Part shown: positions 24,001 to 39,000 of the stretch, piece by piece | How positions within the stretch are numbered: position 1 is the stretch's first letter | Layout of the letters: every line of letters begins with the position of its first letter | Source of the DNA: Hydrolagus colliei | Lineage: Eukaryota | DNA length: 64,000 nucleotides | Assembly (NCBI GenBank): GCA_035084275.1 | Contig: CM068742.1 | Location: forward strand, 37,386,001-37,450,000 | Direction of reading: 5' to 3' | Position numbers and translations under genes: made by a program | The notes under the pieces: model-generated | Told to the model about the DNA's origin: nothing | Database searches by the model: none | Seen by the model: only the letters and a program-made list of their open reading frames with translations

Positions 24001-27000
24001 TGTGCCTTCAACGTGCTCGAAGAAACTCAACAGGATAACTTGTGGTGTGCCAGCCACCTTGATGCTCTAGAGATCCAAGTCCAAAGCCATGTACAATAGA
24101 AGCCTGTTTATCCATGACCTGATTAACCAGATTGCTCGACCCCCTCCAGGGGAAATTCCCCATTCCAGCAAACGCGAGTATGCTCAATTTGCACATGTGC
24201 GCAATGTGTGCGCATGCGCACTTATTAAACTTACAAATTTGGAGGTTTTTACCGATTTTTTACCAAGTGTGCTGAAATCTTTTTTGGTAAATAGCTATAC
24301 AATATTCCTTTACTATTTAGTATATTATTAATATAGTATGTTTTAAAATAAGTACATGTTTTGTGTTGGGTTTTCAGCAACTTGCCGCCCGATTATCCAG
24401 CAGTCAATTAGTTGACCCCCACCACGAGCCTGCCGGATAAACGGGCTTCTACTGTATCATGTTTACTCATCATATAAATGCTTAATCCAGGCTACACTGG
24501 CTCCCCATCAACAAATGGATCAATTTCAAGATCCTCACATTTGTGTTCAAATCCTTTCACTGTCTGGCACTTCCCTACCTCTCCAAACACTCCCCAATCC
24601 ACCACCCTTTGCCTCCACTTGACTGGTAATGGCTTCCTGCTTATCTCTCACACCCTCCACTCCACCATTCGAGGTCCCATATTCAACCACTACATCCCGA
24701 AACACTGTCCCTCAAATCCATTGCCTTGCCCCTCTCTCCTTTTTCACATCCCACCTGTCAAATCTTTCTTTTCTACCGCGCTTAGTCACCTTCTTCCCCC
24801 AGACCCGACCCCTCCTCCCCCCCAGCTCAAATCTAGGCTCCACCACTGCTAAACCCCCTGAGACGTACCCTGAATGGCGGGAGCTATTTAAATGCAATTT
24901 GTTGTTAATCCACATCCTCATATGAGGGGCCTTGGCAAAGGGGCATGCCCATTGATTGATGTGATTCTATCTAACAGACCAGTATTGGCCAGAACTCTTT
25001 CTCCCATTAGCCACAGCCTCTTTTTATCATAAATCCAACTCACATCTGACTGGATAGATATCAAGAGCAGTCTCAGAGTTGATTTCCTCTTTGGCCCAGG
25101 CCAAATTCCTCTGGCCAAGAACAGCAAATTGAGCAGAGATTAGGATTCAAACCTTGAGGTATATCAGTTGATGATGGTCTTTACCCATCAGGGGAATCCA
25201 TAATCCACCTTTTACTGATTAATCTTTCAGAAGATTTCTTTAGATAAATTGCACTTTGATGATTCCACCATTTAAAAAATATTTTACAGCACTGGAAACT
25301 TTTACATTCTGCAATTTCTATCCCTGCCCTGAGGTTAAGATAACTTTGCTCATGAAGCAATAACTACAGTGTGTGATAACTTCAATTTCAACAGTTAAGA
25401 TTATAACCATAATGTACCACATCATATTAATATTTATGTTCTTTATTCTTTGTGGCAGCTATTTAGATACTGAGATACAAATTGTTTTAGACAAAATATA
25501 GAAATAAACACAAATGAAGATCACCATCTTCTTTCCTTCACAATACCCTCTGGATTACTCTTTGTGGAATGCCCTTCAGTATCCTTATAGTAGATGCTTT
25601 TAGTCTGTCAAGCAGTCAAGCACTTTAAACACAACTGCTGACAAAGCACATTTTTCCAGTAGTGATGTTAATTAAGGTACCGTAGTTTCCTAGCATTTGA
25701 GTGCACTAATCCTTATAACTAGAACAGCAGCTGTTCCAAATACTACAACAACAACAAAAACAACAAAATTACATTTATAGAGCACCTTTCAAGTCAGAAC
25801 AATGTCCCAGCGGGCTTTATGAGATCTAGCTTCTGTATACCAAACAGTAATCCACTGTTACACAAAAAATACTAAGCATTACACATTTAATTAAATATGT
25901 TTAAATATTAGTTTGACCCCACCGGTGCTCAGTTAATTCAACTACAATTTGCTCCACATCTCTATGCTAGTTAAGGGAAGAAAAAAAAATTAGGTTTCCT
26001 GAATGCTATCCAATAACAATCCTGCTGAAATGTCCACGTGTTTGGAATGTCGGCCAAAGAAAGCATCAAAGAGGGGCACAGCTGGGATGCCCTCATGTTT
26101 GCATAGCCAGCTGACATCTCATGTGAGGTTCATATATGAACACCATTTAGGCAACACTCAGTAAGGCAGGAATCTAACCCGGGACAAATCAGCTCTCTCA
26201 GTAGACACATGAAACAAAATGGAGAAAACAATTTGATACTGTTGATCAAACAAAATTTTGTTTGCATTATGCAAAGATTTATATGGATTCAAAGACTAAA
26301 AAACAGAATATATCCAAAATATTGGGTGTATTCATACTGTATAAACTCAGAAATACTGCAGCAAACATCATAATCCAATAGTTAATTAGATCACCTTGCT
26401 TTGAGAGGGGAAAAAAACTTCAATACAGTAAAAACTTGTTTATCTGGTACCCAACCAACCGGCATGCTCAACAATTCACCATTCCAGCAACCGGATCTCA
26501 TACCGTAGCCATCCAGGACACTCGCGGTATGCTCACTTTGCGCATGCACACTTATTAAACTTACCGAACACTGGAATGCTTTTCTACCGATCATTTTACC
26601 GAGTGTGCTGGAATGGTTTATTGGTAAGTATCCATACAATATTCTGTTATTATTTAGTCTATTATTAATATGGTATGTTATAAAATAAGTAAATTTTTTG
26701 TGTAGATGTTCTGCAACTTGCCACTCGAATATCCAGCATATTTGATTAATCGGCACTGGTCAGATCCCGAGGGTGCCGGATAACAAAGGTTTTACTGTTA
26801 TGTGTTTTTAAGAAATTGCAAATTTAAACTGCAGATTATTTAGATGACTGAAAGATTCATTGATAAATCTGGTAAACATATAATCACATCATTTATTCAT
26901 AAAAGAAAATGGAGTAGGATTAAGGGCAGCTTCTTATCTAGAAGTACAAATCAGTGTTCCACTGGGATCATTAGGACTATACTGTTCACCATGTACATGC

Positions 27001-30000
27001 ATGATATGGTCTTAGACATAGAAAGTACAGTATGGTGTAATATTTGTAAATGACACCAAACTGGGCAGTATATTAAAAATGAAAGAGAACTGCAAAAAGA
27101 CAGAAGACATGAACAGACTTGTTGAATGGGAGTATACATGACAGACGAAGTGCAATACAGGTATCCTGCCCCAACTGCGGCCTCGTCAACCATGAAACTC
27201 ATGCATCCACTGTTTGCTAAACGTGACAACCCTCGCAAACCGCAACAATGCGTTTTGCACATCTTCAATTTAAATCCGCAGGTTTAAATTTTCAAGTTTC
27301 ACTCTTTCAAACAAGGGATCGCATTCATCCGCACATTGGTGTGTATTCATCCACTCAGCGTTTCCCGCCTATCAGCATCTTTACTATCCCACGTGGTCTA
27401 GCTGCACTCGTGAATCTACAAGTACTGTGTGTATGCGAACATCGTCCCTGTGATTTCCTGCTGGGAGCTGTGGGAGGCAGACAAACTACAGAGCTGCAAA
27501 CTTTTGTAACCTGTAACATGAATTTATTGTCGCTTCTCCGCAACCTAGCTAGTAGGTTTGGGAGCATTGGCTACCAGGATCTGCATCCTCTCTCTCTGTG
27601 TGTAAGTGTATCTCTCTCTGACTCACCTTCTCTCTATTTCACCTTCTCTTCCCTCCACCCCCTCCCCCCCTCTCTCTGTATCTGTCTATATCAGTCAGTC
27701 AGTCATACAGCTCCCCTAGCCCTCCGTGTCACCCACCACACCTTCTCCGTTGATTTCTTTCTCTCTCTCTGTAGATCAGTCAGACAGTCCCCCCGGTCCT
27801 TCGTTTCACCCCACCACCACTCCCCCTCCCCACCCCCCGTGTCTCTCTCTGTAAGTCAGTTAGACAGCCTTGCAGATTGCTGCAGATCCTGGCAGCCAAT
27901 GCGCCCAAATCTACTCCCCCTATCCCCATGTATGTTATAACTGTATGTGTTTTCTTTCTGTTTAGTTGTACTAAAAACTAACTTACTCCCCCTATCCCCA
28001 TGTTTCTCATAGGGCCCTGTATTTTCCAACCGTGATTTTTCCAACCGCGGAGGCTTACAGGAACGTATCCCCCGTGGTTGGGGAGGAATACCTGTATAGA
28101 GAAATGAGAAGTGATTCACTTTGGTAGGAAGAATAAATAATAATAATCCTTGCATTTGATATAGCACCTTATCACGTTTTCTAGACGTCTCAAAGTGTTT
28201 CACAGAATATACTGTAAAGTAAATTTTGGTGGTAGCCAATTGCGTACAACAGTGTCCCACAAACAGTCGTGGATTCAAATGACCAATTTTGTTTTTAGGG
28301 ATTATTATTAGGCATGTGGAGTAAGGGAACTTGCCCAATGAAGATGTTCACCATACTTCAGACCATAGGAACAACCTAAGGGAGTTAAAGGATCAAATGT
28401 GTCTAATGATTTCGATTCACAAGTCTATAAAAGCAGCAGTGCAGGTGGACAAGACTGTAAATATACAAATCAAGTGCTTAGTTTTATGTCCAGCTGAAAG
28501 GTGTACAAAAGTAAATAGGGATATTGTTGCATTAGAAAGTGCAGCACAGAATTGCTAGAATATTATCAGGAATTAGGTTATCAAAGGGATCAAAAAAAAT
28601 TTGACAAGTTGGAACTTCTCTCTCTGAATTTCATTGAGGGGGGACAAGATAAAGGTGGTTAAAATCACAGAGGTGGATATAGTAGTCTGTTTTCACTTGC
28701 TAGTGAGTATAAAACAGGGGGCATAAATATAAGATAGCCAGTGGCAGACCTAAAATAGTTTAGGTATTTGCTTCTTTACTCTGAGGATGGTCAGAATGTA
28801 GAACTTATTGCTGGAAACTGTGGTTGAAGTAAGAAGGAAAACATATTTAAAAGTAAATTTACAGTAGGGAGAAGGGAATAAAGAAGGGGTGTAGGAGAGG
28901 AGATTTGAAGTTTGGAAGCACATGTGAAGTACCAATAACAATAAGGATTCATTGGGCTGAATGGCCTGGTTCAGTGCTGTAAACATCTATGTAATTTCAA
29001 TTGAATTCTAAATACAAACGGTTGGAAAAATGCAGATTATTGATTTACATCTGCTGGGTAACACTTTGCACTAATTACATTATCATGTCACAGGTATTAA
29101 AACTGTATCCACTCAAATTGCACCAACAGACAGTTTTGCTCACTGGTAACTAGGATCCTTCAAGATTTGGAAAACAATGCCTGTTCAGGTGGATGTTAAA
29201 AAATCCATTACACTATACAAAAAGACAATTACAATTAGAAAAATGTAATTCTCCAGCTCACCTTCATAGCCATGAGCTCTTGCATTAGAACCGCATTCTC
29301 CAGATCAAGACGCTGACTGTCTCCCCGAGGCTTAACGTCATAACTCAGTGGGTCAATGTGAATGCTTTCTAGTTCTAACATAGTTAGCTTGACTGCTGCT
29401 CTGTCATTCTTGAGCTGCTGGACATAATCCTTCAATCTCTGCTCATCTTCTTTTGTAAATTCAGTATCACAGCTGCTTGCAGTTGAGCTTGTAGTGCTAC
29501 AAAAAGACACCAAATTACAACCATAATTAATCAGGCCTGTGTTAAATATTTGTACAGTACTTAGTTATAATCACATATCAAATGTACGAATCAATAATGA
29601 CACCCTCATATCTCAAGTATAAAGTCATGGAATCCTGCAGCTTAGTGGTTAGAGCATTTGCCTCACAAGCAAGAGGACCTGGGCAGGGCGAAATGTTAGG
29701 TACATTTTCTTACTCCACAAGTTTCTGTTTACCTATTTAAGTAGGAACCTGGTTGTTAGTCGATTGGCAGATTGCTTTCTGAGGAAATAATTACTTTAAA
29801 AAAATTGTGGTCACTCGGTCCCACAACTGTTTGTGGGACACTGCTGTGCTTAATTGGCTGCCGGGTTTTGCCCACAAATACACAATCACCCCACTTTACA
29901 GTAAATGCTGTGAAATGCTTTGAGATGTCTAGAAGATGTGATAAGGAGCTTTATCAAATGCAAGGATTAGTTTTATTACCATTATTAAACATCACTACTT

Positions 30001-33000
30001 AGCAAACTGAATATCCCGAATACTGAGCATAAATAATATTATGTAATATATAATGTTCATATATCTTAGTGTGGGAGGAGGGGCCAAAGTCAACCAATTT
30101 TATTTCCTGCCTGGGCATTTGAAACATTTTTCCTCCTCTATCTTGGGAGTGTAGTGGAGACTGTTTCTGCAGGAGGTAAAATTCAAGCAGTTTCCTTGTT
30201 ATACACATTGTTCCATTTAATTACCCAGCTCAAAATCAGTAAGGCCTCCTACTTGTCCCTCACCTACCACTCCACCATTGGAGGTTTCGCATTCAACCAC
30301 CATGCCCCAAAACTCTCAAACATTGACCCTCAAAATCCCACTGTGTGCCTCCTCTCTCTCTCTTTTTTCAAGACCCACCTTAAAACCTTCTTTTTCGAAC
30401 ATGCTTACAGTCACCTGCCCCCCCAGGTGGGAGTCAGGCTCCACCATGGTTAAACTCTCTGAAGTCGCTACCCTGCAAGTGTGTATACTTGCAAGTTGTT
30501 GTTGGTGTTGAGATATTAAAATAATTATTTCTGACCTAAGCAGAAGTTATCCATGATCATTTGGATTTCTAATGTTGCTTAGCATATAATAATAACTCTT
30601 GGATTTGATATCAGGCCTTATCAGATCATTGAAACATCTCTAAACACTTCATAGAATATACTGTAAAGTAGTATATTTGTGGGTGAACCGTAGCAGCCAA
30701 TTGCACACAGTCGGGGATTGAGCGACCAAATTTTTTTTTTTTTTTGAAGGGATTATTAGAATCGACTAACAACCAGGTTCCTACTTACTACTAAGGTAAA
30801 CCGAGCCTTGTGGAGTAAGGAAAGTGGCTCAAGGTTTCACCCTGCCTGGGAATCAAACCCAGAGCCTCTCACTTGAGAGGTGAGTGCTCTAACCAATATA
30901 TGACAAGTTTCCATGAATTTAACTTCTAACAATGTTTTGCAAATACTGTACTGTACATTTCTAAATATTGTAAAAATATGCAAGTATCTTCAGTAATCAA
31001 GGGGTTAAGCACCTGCATTTTTTTCTGATCCAATTATTAGAACAATTTCCCTAGACACACATGCCAATTTATAAAAGTGAAAACAATGCACAGGATCATA
31101 CATAGAAATGAGCATAATCACACTGAAATCTGAGACCAATTCCTGAGAGGCTTTTGTCATCACTCCTGTGCCTGTTCAAATCAAAGTAAATCCAAAAGCA
31201 TAAACACTATTATCCATTACAATAACATTCAAAGCTCATTGTGTACAATTCCATTGTGAATCTCGTTCCGCTGCTCTTCAGTATTTTGTTCATTTGTAAG
31301 TGTTCCATGCATTATAGAAAAATCAGCCAGAGCAATATATGATAGATTTTTAGCAAAATTATTTATTTTAAAAAAAATACCTCAAGGTAGGTTCGACATT
31401 TAAGAATTTGGAACCGGTTTTGAAACTCTTGCTTTTTTATCTCCTAAAGTTGAATAATGTATTTTCACCACAGTTTATATTCATAAATATTGCAGCGATT
31501 CTTAATTGGTAGGAAAGTTACAGATCTTGAATGTTAAAAGCTGTATATGTGTGACATTATTAAATGTACCGGGATGATAAAAACTTTAGATGAGTCTCAT
31601 TCAGGGGCAGATAAATGAATATTAGAAATTGTCTAATAAATTAGAACTGTGAAAGCAAACTGACTTTTGATAGATTGCATGCAAAAATGTTAACAGTTAA
31701 GAGATTGTGTTGAATAATGTAAAATGCATTACAATTTACAGACAGTGGTACTAGTAATTGTTCATAGTTCAGGGGCAATGCATTTACCAAGTGGAATGTT
31801 ACACCCATTTTCAAAGCTCTGAAATTACCCCTGCACCTCATTCGTGGAAGAAAACCCAGTGACATTTAAAGGTAACACTCCATAAATTCAAAGCACTTGC
31901 ATCAAATCAAGCCTTGTACTGTCCACTCATTATGATATGAAAATGACAACAGGCTGCGAGTATTCATCTGTCTCGTGATCCTAAGCAGCCATCAGAAATG
32001 ATGATTATGAGTCAATTCCATTCACCACATTTCAACCTCTTCCTTCTGAAATATTATGTCTATGACACGTAGGAACATATTACAAAATTAGCAAAAACTT
32101 AAAACTGGTGCTGAAAAACAATATGCAATTATCTTAAAAGAAAAGGGAAGTCTAAGAATATACTTTAATTTTTACAATATCGACTCTATCCATGCATGGA
32201 AGAAAAATATTGCTGTATAATTCAAATAGCATTTAATTGTATGGAATGAAACCCTTCAGTGCCTAGAACCAACATCCTCTGATGCTAAGCTTTTCAAGTG
32301 GCACATATTAGTGGTGCCATGCACCTCAATTAATTTCATCTTTAGGAGGGAACACAGTTTCACCAGCACGGAGTCCAATTTAGACACATCTTGACCTTCA
32401 GGAAGCATGGTACTGGCTGAGAATTGCTCGATACACAAACCAGAAAGCTTTAGGTTCGAATCCCGATCTGCAAAATTAACCATCTCTGCCAATCTACAGC
32501 AGTAAGTGTACTACATTAGCACTTGCGCTACATGGATTGAAAACGAAAATTTGGTAGGATTCCGCGATTGTTATCCAACAATCCCTGGTGAAAGATGCAT
32601 GTTTGCAGCTATTGGACAATGAAAGAATCAGGTTAGGCTGTGATGTCCAAATGTATCTGTGTCAGCTACTGCTTAAGATTTCGTAAATAAATATTTCATG
32701 GTGTCTGTCTCAAACTTGCCCTTGATAATCCCGAACCTGTGCACCACATGCTACTGCTCTACAGCTCCTGTTTATTTGTCAATGATGAAAGAATGTTAAT
32801 TTCATGCAAGTATCTTGGGAGAAAAATGAAAATCTCGTGGTTCAGGTGATATGACATTGAACTCCAAGCGGACAAGATCAATGCGACACCTGAGAAAATG
32901 TGACAACAATATGGAGGTAGTAATATGTAGGTATTGGAGTGGAAACATTTAAGACACACAGAACATAAAGCACCAGACCTTGTTCAGGTTAAATTGAGAA

Positions 33001-36000
33001 AAATAATAAATTATATGAGTTTGTTTTTCATACTTCCTTCTTTAATATTAGATATTTCAGAATAAGAAGGGTCTTTTTTTAAAAAAAACACTCAGATCCC
33101 CCCTACCATCTTCAAGATTCACAGCTAATCAACAGATTTGAATTTGATATCTTGGGTCTGAACTGACCCAATATAACCAATAACACAAGAGAACCAACCT
33201 GGTGTGACTGTGTGAAGACAGACTCTCCCAAGGTTGTACAATACATCCCGTTACAGTACATGCACCTCCGCAACTACCATCGAGTTTCATTAACAGTGCT
33301 TTTGCAGCATTCTCTGCAGTTTTCCTGCAGTCATGTGCCCGCTTTAACATCAATGTTATATTTTCCTCACCATTTTCATCACCTAGATAGAAGAGATAAC
33401 ATTTAGATTTGTTGAGCAATACAGAGGAACAATTATACACGAGAGCACATAAATCTCATTTTCACAGTTCAATTCAAGAAAACACCTAGTGCACTTTACC
33501 AAAATAAAATAGAAGCTAGAAATGAAATATTCTGCTTTTAAATCACATTCTGTAATTTATTGGGGGGCTGGGGTGAGAGGAGAATGAGATAATGGAAGTG
33601 CAAAGTACGTGGAGCCTCAATGTCATCCACAACAGACAACAAGGAGGAAAATCCACACAAGACCCAACTCTCCCCACTCCCCCAATCGGCCATGTAAAAT
33701 CAGAGAGTATGTTACCCAGGTTGTTGTTACCAATCTCCTATTGGTGATCTTCAAAGCCAAATTAGCAGAGGTCCAGGGATAAGTTACTGGCCCTTTTAGT
33801 CAGTGATGGTACATGAACTTACGTTAATTTCTTCAAGCCATTGCATCACCCGAGAATAGGTCTTAAAAAGTTTGTCATTTGGTAATAATAATCATCCTTG
33901 AATTTGATATAGCGCTTTTCACATCTTCTAGACGTCTCAAACTATTTCACAGAATATACTGTAAAATGAATTGTAAAATGAAACGTGGCAGCCATTTTTC
34001 ACACAGCAGTGTCCCACAAACAGTTGTGAATTGTGTGACCAAATTATTAAGGTCAATTGTTGGTAAATTAAAGATAAGCAAAACTCCAGGCCACCTATTT
34101 AGTTCAGCAACATAAATTATTCACCCTTGACAAGTTGCTTTCCTTTCAAGGTCCCAGCCGCTCAAGAATCATGTTACAACTATATTTGGTTATTGCTATT
34201 ACTGCTTTATCCTTATAATCCTCGATCATATTCCTAACTACATATTGATCCATCTGTTTCTTAGAGTTGTCAATCAACATAGTATTAATTTCTTCAGCTG
34301 GCTGTCTATTTCACACATCCATTACTCTGGGAGAAAAGCAATCCTGATATGAAGCCTTGCTCATCAATTTGTTGCTTGTGACCTCCACTTTGTGTTCAGA
34401 ATCCAAATGAAGTAATCTGCTTCATCCACCTTATCAACCCCAATCAGGTTCCTCTCAATCCGCTTTTCACCCTCCCGTAGATTCATTTCTAAGTCTTTCT
34501 TCATAAGCTCTAAGTGCTGGTCAATAAGTCATCCTGGTTAATTTCAACCCTCTCATATATAAATATCCTCTTGAAGATGGAACTACACATATTTGAAATG
34601 TAGCCTCACTGTCATCTAAACAAGAAGATATAGGTGGTTTCATCTACAGACAGATATGAAATGCTCTGTAACAGTTTTTCACACTGACTGGACATATCCC
34701 AAGAAAGTCACTAATCACACACAAATTATGTTATTATTAACAATAACTAAAACACATCAGGAGGAAATCCCAAAGCACTTCACGTGATTTTTTGTGAAGT
34801 ACCATGTGAAATACTGTGTATTAGTGTGCTTCACATGTTTACTAATGTATTTCAGACTGCATTGTCTGAGTGTTTCATATTTAGGTTTGTCCATATCCTT
34901 ATATTTACCTATCTATGTTAAATTCTATCCACCATTCCTTAGTCCATCAGTCACTTTCAATGCTACGCTATGCATCCTGACCTTTCTTATTTCCTTGAGG
35001 AAGCAAGGTGCACGTCACCAGGTTCACAAATCCTGTGCACATTTAGTTCTGAGTTTCTTTATAACAAGGCATAAATTGTAAGCAACAGAGACAGTGATAA
35101 AGCTGGTTGCTAAACCTGGTCTGCCTTTTATCAGGGATCAGTAATTACAGTATAGAATAACAAGTAATTTGCTTTATTTAATCTAATTGAATATAAAAAT
35201 ATGAAATGTTATAAATGAATCCAGAATGTTTTCTTGACATAAGTATAGATTCCATTGATTAAACAGCTAAGCAACACTGCACAAACTGCTATCCAATACC
35301 ACACCATTGAATTAGATGACATGTATCAAGTTTAGTCCAGTATATGTGATGTCTGGCTCATTGCCACAAAGTCTGTAGTTTATAAAATTAAATTTAGTTT
35401 TAAATACCCTTCATTTGTAGCACACTGTCAGGATTCCCAGCTTAGAAGCTATTCATGTCAAGGAGTCTTAACATACTGAATATAATAATGAAACTTTCTA
35501 ATTTCCACGTCCCAATAAACACTGAATAAAAAATCTGCAAGAGTGAGATTACTAATGCTGTTGTCTGTGTAAAGACGATACCTGTAGACCATCTTTTCAT
35601 TCACTTGTTTATTTTGACCTGCCTAAATTGAACGGGTTTGGTTAATGGAATCTCTGGAACAGTTATTATTTTTAGAAGAAAGGTTTACTGCTGCCTGTAG
35701 TGTAGAAGCAAAAAAAATCCATCCCTGGCTGAAGTGGTTCATACTATGGAGCAGCTACGGTATTTTAATCAGCCACAGATGGCCAACAGTAAATAGATAG
35801 AATATCCATATTGCACCTGGACTAGTATTTTGTAATTTATATTGCATTTGTTTCTGTCCTATTTAATGAATACGTAGATGCCATTGTTAAAATCAAGTCC
35901 TCAATGAGGTAAATTCATGGAGATTTGTTCACAATAAAGCAATTAGTTACCATGATGGGATACGACAATTTTTGAACCAGCCACCTTCAGTAACCCAAGT

Positions 36001-39000
36001 ATAAGGAGGAGAATTGATTGTTGGTTCAGTGTTTCATCCACCTCCTCAACCAATGCTGCTAATGTTGAACACGTTTGTGGCTTGCTGGACATATAGTGCT
36101 ATCAGTGCTATAGGGTCTGAAATGGGCAGCGGTGGGTGGACATACCTAGGTACATGCACCCTATCTATAATAATAAAAATCCTTGATTTGAGCACCTTGG
36201 GACGTCCTCCTGACGTGAAAGGCTCTATACAAGTGTAATTTTGTTGTTGTGGTTGATATTGAGCTTTTTCATGTCTTCCTTGCTGGTCTCCCCAGTACTG
36301 CCATCTACAGCATCCAAATAAAACTCCACCACCCATACCCTCACATGCACCAAACTTCACACACCCATCACCCTAATTTGTGTTTGCTTCAACTGATACT
36401 CTGTTGCCAAACAGATCAACTGCATGATCCCCACACTCGCATACAAATCGACCATGTCTCCAACCACTTTTCTGTTTTCCTTTTTTCTAATCTTAAATCC
36501 CACCTGAGAACTTATATTGTTGACCGTGCCTTTCCCTCCTCCCTTGCTCTGCATTCAATCTTGCCATGTACAATGATCTGAAACACTATCTTGTGTAACG
36601 AGCGCTAGCAAATGTGACTTTGAACAATATATTATTCTTGTCTGGTGTTCTGGATTGAAATTTACCTCAGTAAAGTCATCAAAGGCCTCAACTGACAGAA
36701 TGGAAATATCAAATCATGACACTGAAGCTCGATAAATGGTTAGGACAGATTAGAAATTATGATCCAACCTATTTTACTGGACTTCCTGTATGGGGAAAGT
36801 GTGGGGGCAGTTCTGAGTAAATAGATACTGAGACTGGCTGGTAAACTCAGTTGCTCTAAGATAACGGATTGGTTTGATTCAAAAAAAAATCTTTATTTTC
36901 TTTTAATTATAGTGGAATGTGTTTGCTAAACACTCTCATCTGACTTTCTTAACCACATCACTAAATTGACACACCCAGAAGGAATGATTTAGACCTTTGA
37001 TACTTGCATGCCTCTATTACCATTGTGTGCATCATTCGGTTACTGCTGCTAATAATACAATTTTCAGTTAGCAGCAATCAAAAATCTTAACTGTTTAAAA
37101 TTCCTTTTGAAAATCAGTTCAATCCCGTAAATTGTGTATTTGAAGTCTCTCTTCTAGTCAATATGCAAAAAATTTTAGAAGCCAACAGTTTATACCTACC
37201 TACAGATCCAACACCAGCAGCTCTGAATTGCCCCAGAATAAGCCCTTGTTCACTCTCAGCCAAAGCTAACAGTAATTCATAGGCTTCAATGCATTGCTCA
37301 CTGCAAACATAAAGTCACTACAATCAAATTTTTGCAATCATATTTTATAACTGAAAACTGCTGACTTGACAATTCAGTATTAGACAATGAGGTAACAACT
37401 TACAGTTAAAAAAAAGATAATTAAAACAACATATCTTCATGAATGTGTTCACTTCTTCATTTTGTCATTGTGAAAATGATCCTTTCCTCTCCCCCAAACC
37501 ACTTTTCTGGCATGGGAAGAGGAAATAATTATTTTCACAATGACAAATTATTGGAACATGTTTTGACATAACTTAAGTAATCATATCAAATATGTTCCAC
37601 CTTTAGCAAATTTTACTCACTTCATATTTATATTAATGCATTATATATTAAACAGAAAACTACCTAAAAATCAATAAAACAATTTTAATATGTATTGCAT
37701 TTACCTGTACTGCAATGCAAGCCTTAATGCTGTGCTGTTGGATTCATATTTACCAACCAGCATACTCATTCGTTCAGCATTGCTTTTGCATTCTTCCAAT
37801 GTTATAGTTAACAAGTCATTCTGTGATTTTAAGTGTTCAATTCGACTGCAAGAGAAAAGGACACAAAGTTAATATACCAGAAATTATATAAACTAGATGG
37901 TTAGCAGGTCAGTTTATAAATAGGGAACAACAAATTAAGCAGTTTTTCCTAAAACTTTACAATTTTGATGTTCACTAACCAAATAACTTTAAATTTTATA
38001 ACAATAGTTTACTTTACCCCAGCTCCAACGCCAGCAATCAGAGGGCTTGACAGGCAAATTATTTGTAGTACTGTAGTATGATAGCCAAGACCAATCCTAC
38101 TGTCACTCAAAAGCCACAACAATAGAATTTGAACAGGAACTGTTTGCATTGTACTTTTCAAGTTGTTGATTACGATACATGCTCAACAATAAGTATACTC
38201 TTTCAAAATTGTTTCCAACATATGAGAGGGTATAACTTATTTCAGCCGAGTTTGCAACAAATGTACAACAAACTCCCTTTGGAAATTTGTAAATGTTTGA
38301 TCCCAATACGTAGATCCCAACATAGCACATCCACTCCCTGGTTAAAAAGGGAAGCTGTAGGCGCTCACTATGTTGAATGCCAATGGTGGGGAGAGGGCAT
38401 GATGCAGTTCCAGATTGAAGAGACTGGCTGTGGAGTAGGGTTGCCAGAGATCTTAGGTGCACGTCTGAAGGAGGGGAAGAGGATCTGGAAGTTGACCCAC
38501 TGGGGGATAGGAAACCAGTGAAGCTAGACAGAGATGGGGTTGAGGGAGAGGATTTGGGCTGTGGAGTTCAGTATGGTCTGGAGATGCAGAGGAGGAACTA
38601 GTGAGGCAGACAAGAAGAGCACTGGCAACATCAAGTCAGGAGATAATTAAGGAGAGGAAAAGGGTTTAGCTGTGCAGGGGATCCTCACAGTTGGAGGAAT
38701 CCAGGAAGTTAACATAGTCAGCATTTGAGCAAAGGAGGTGCTGATAGAAGCCGAGCAGGAAAACTTTATTTTTGTTTACAAGTGAGAAAGATAAGGCTCA
38801 TTTTCGATTTGATGTTTGATAGGCAGTCTGTCAGAACAGCAGTGGTTCTGGAGTTGAAGATAGAGGGAGAAAGTTGGGAGTTGAGTGCATCTGCTTACAC
38901 ACTGAAGTGACCACCCCCATGACAAGTTAGAAGTCTGTTGATCTTTCTTTGTTGGTTCTTGGGAATGTACAAAGTAGGAGGAAACATAAGGAACTTGTTT

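Larger units (their letters stand above)
26900..28990 (+). mobile_element. Old CR1 3' region hosting nested insertions
   Basis: gttccactgggatca...gacaccaaactggg; gtgattcactttggtaggaagaat; 3' end tgggctgaatggcctggttcagtgctgtaaacatctatgtaa. Confidence 0.7.
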
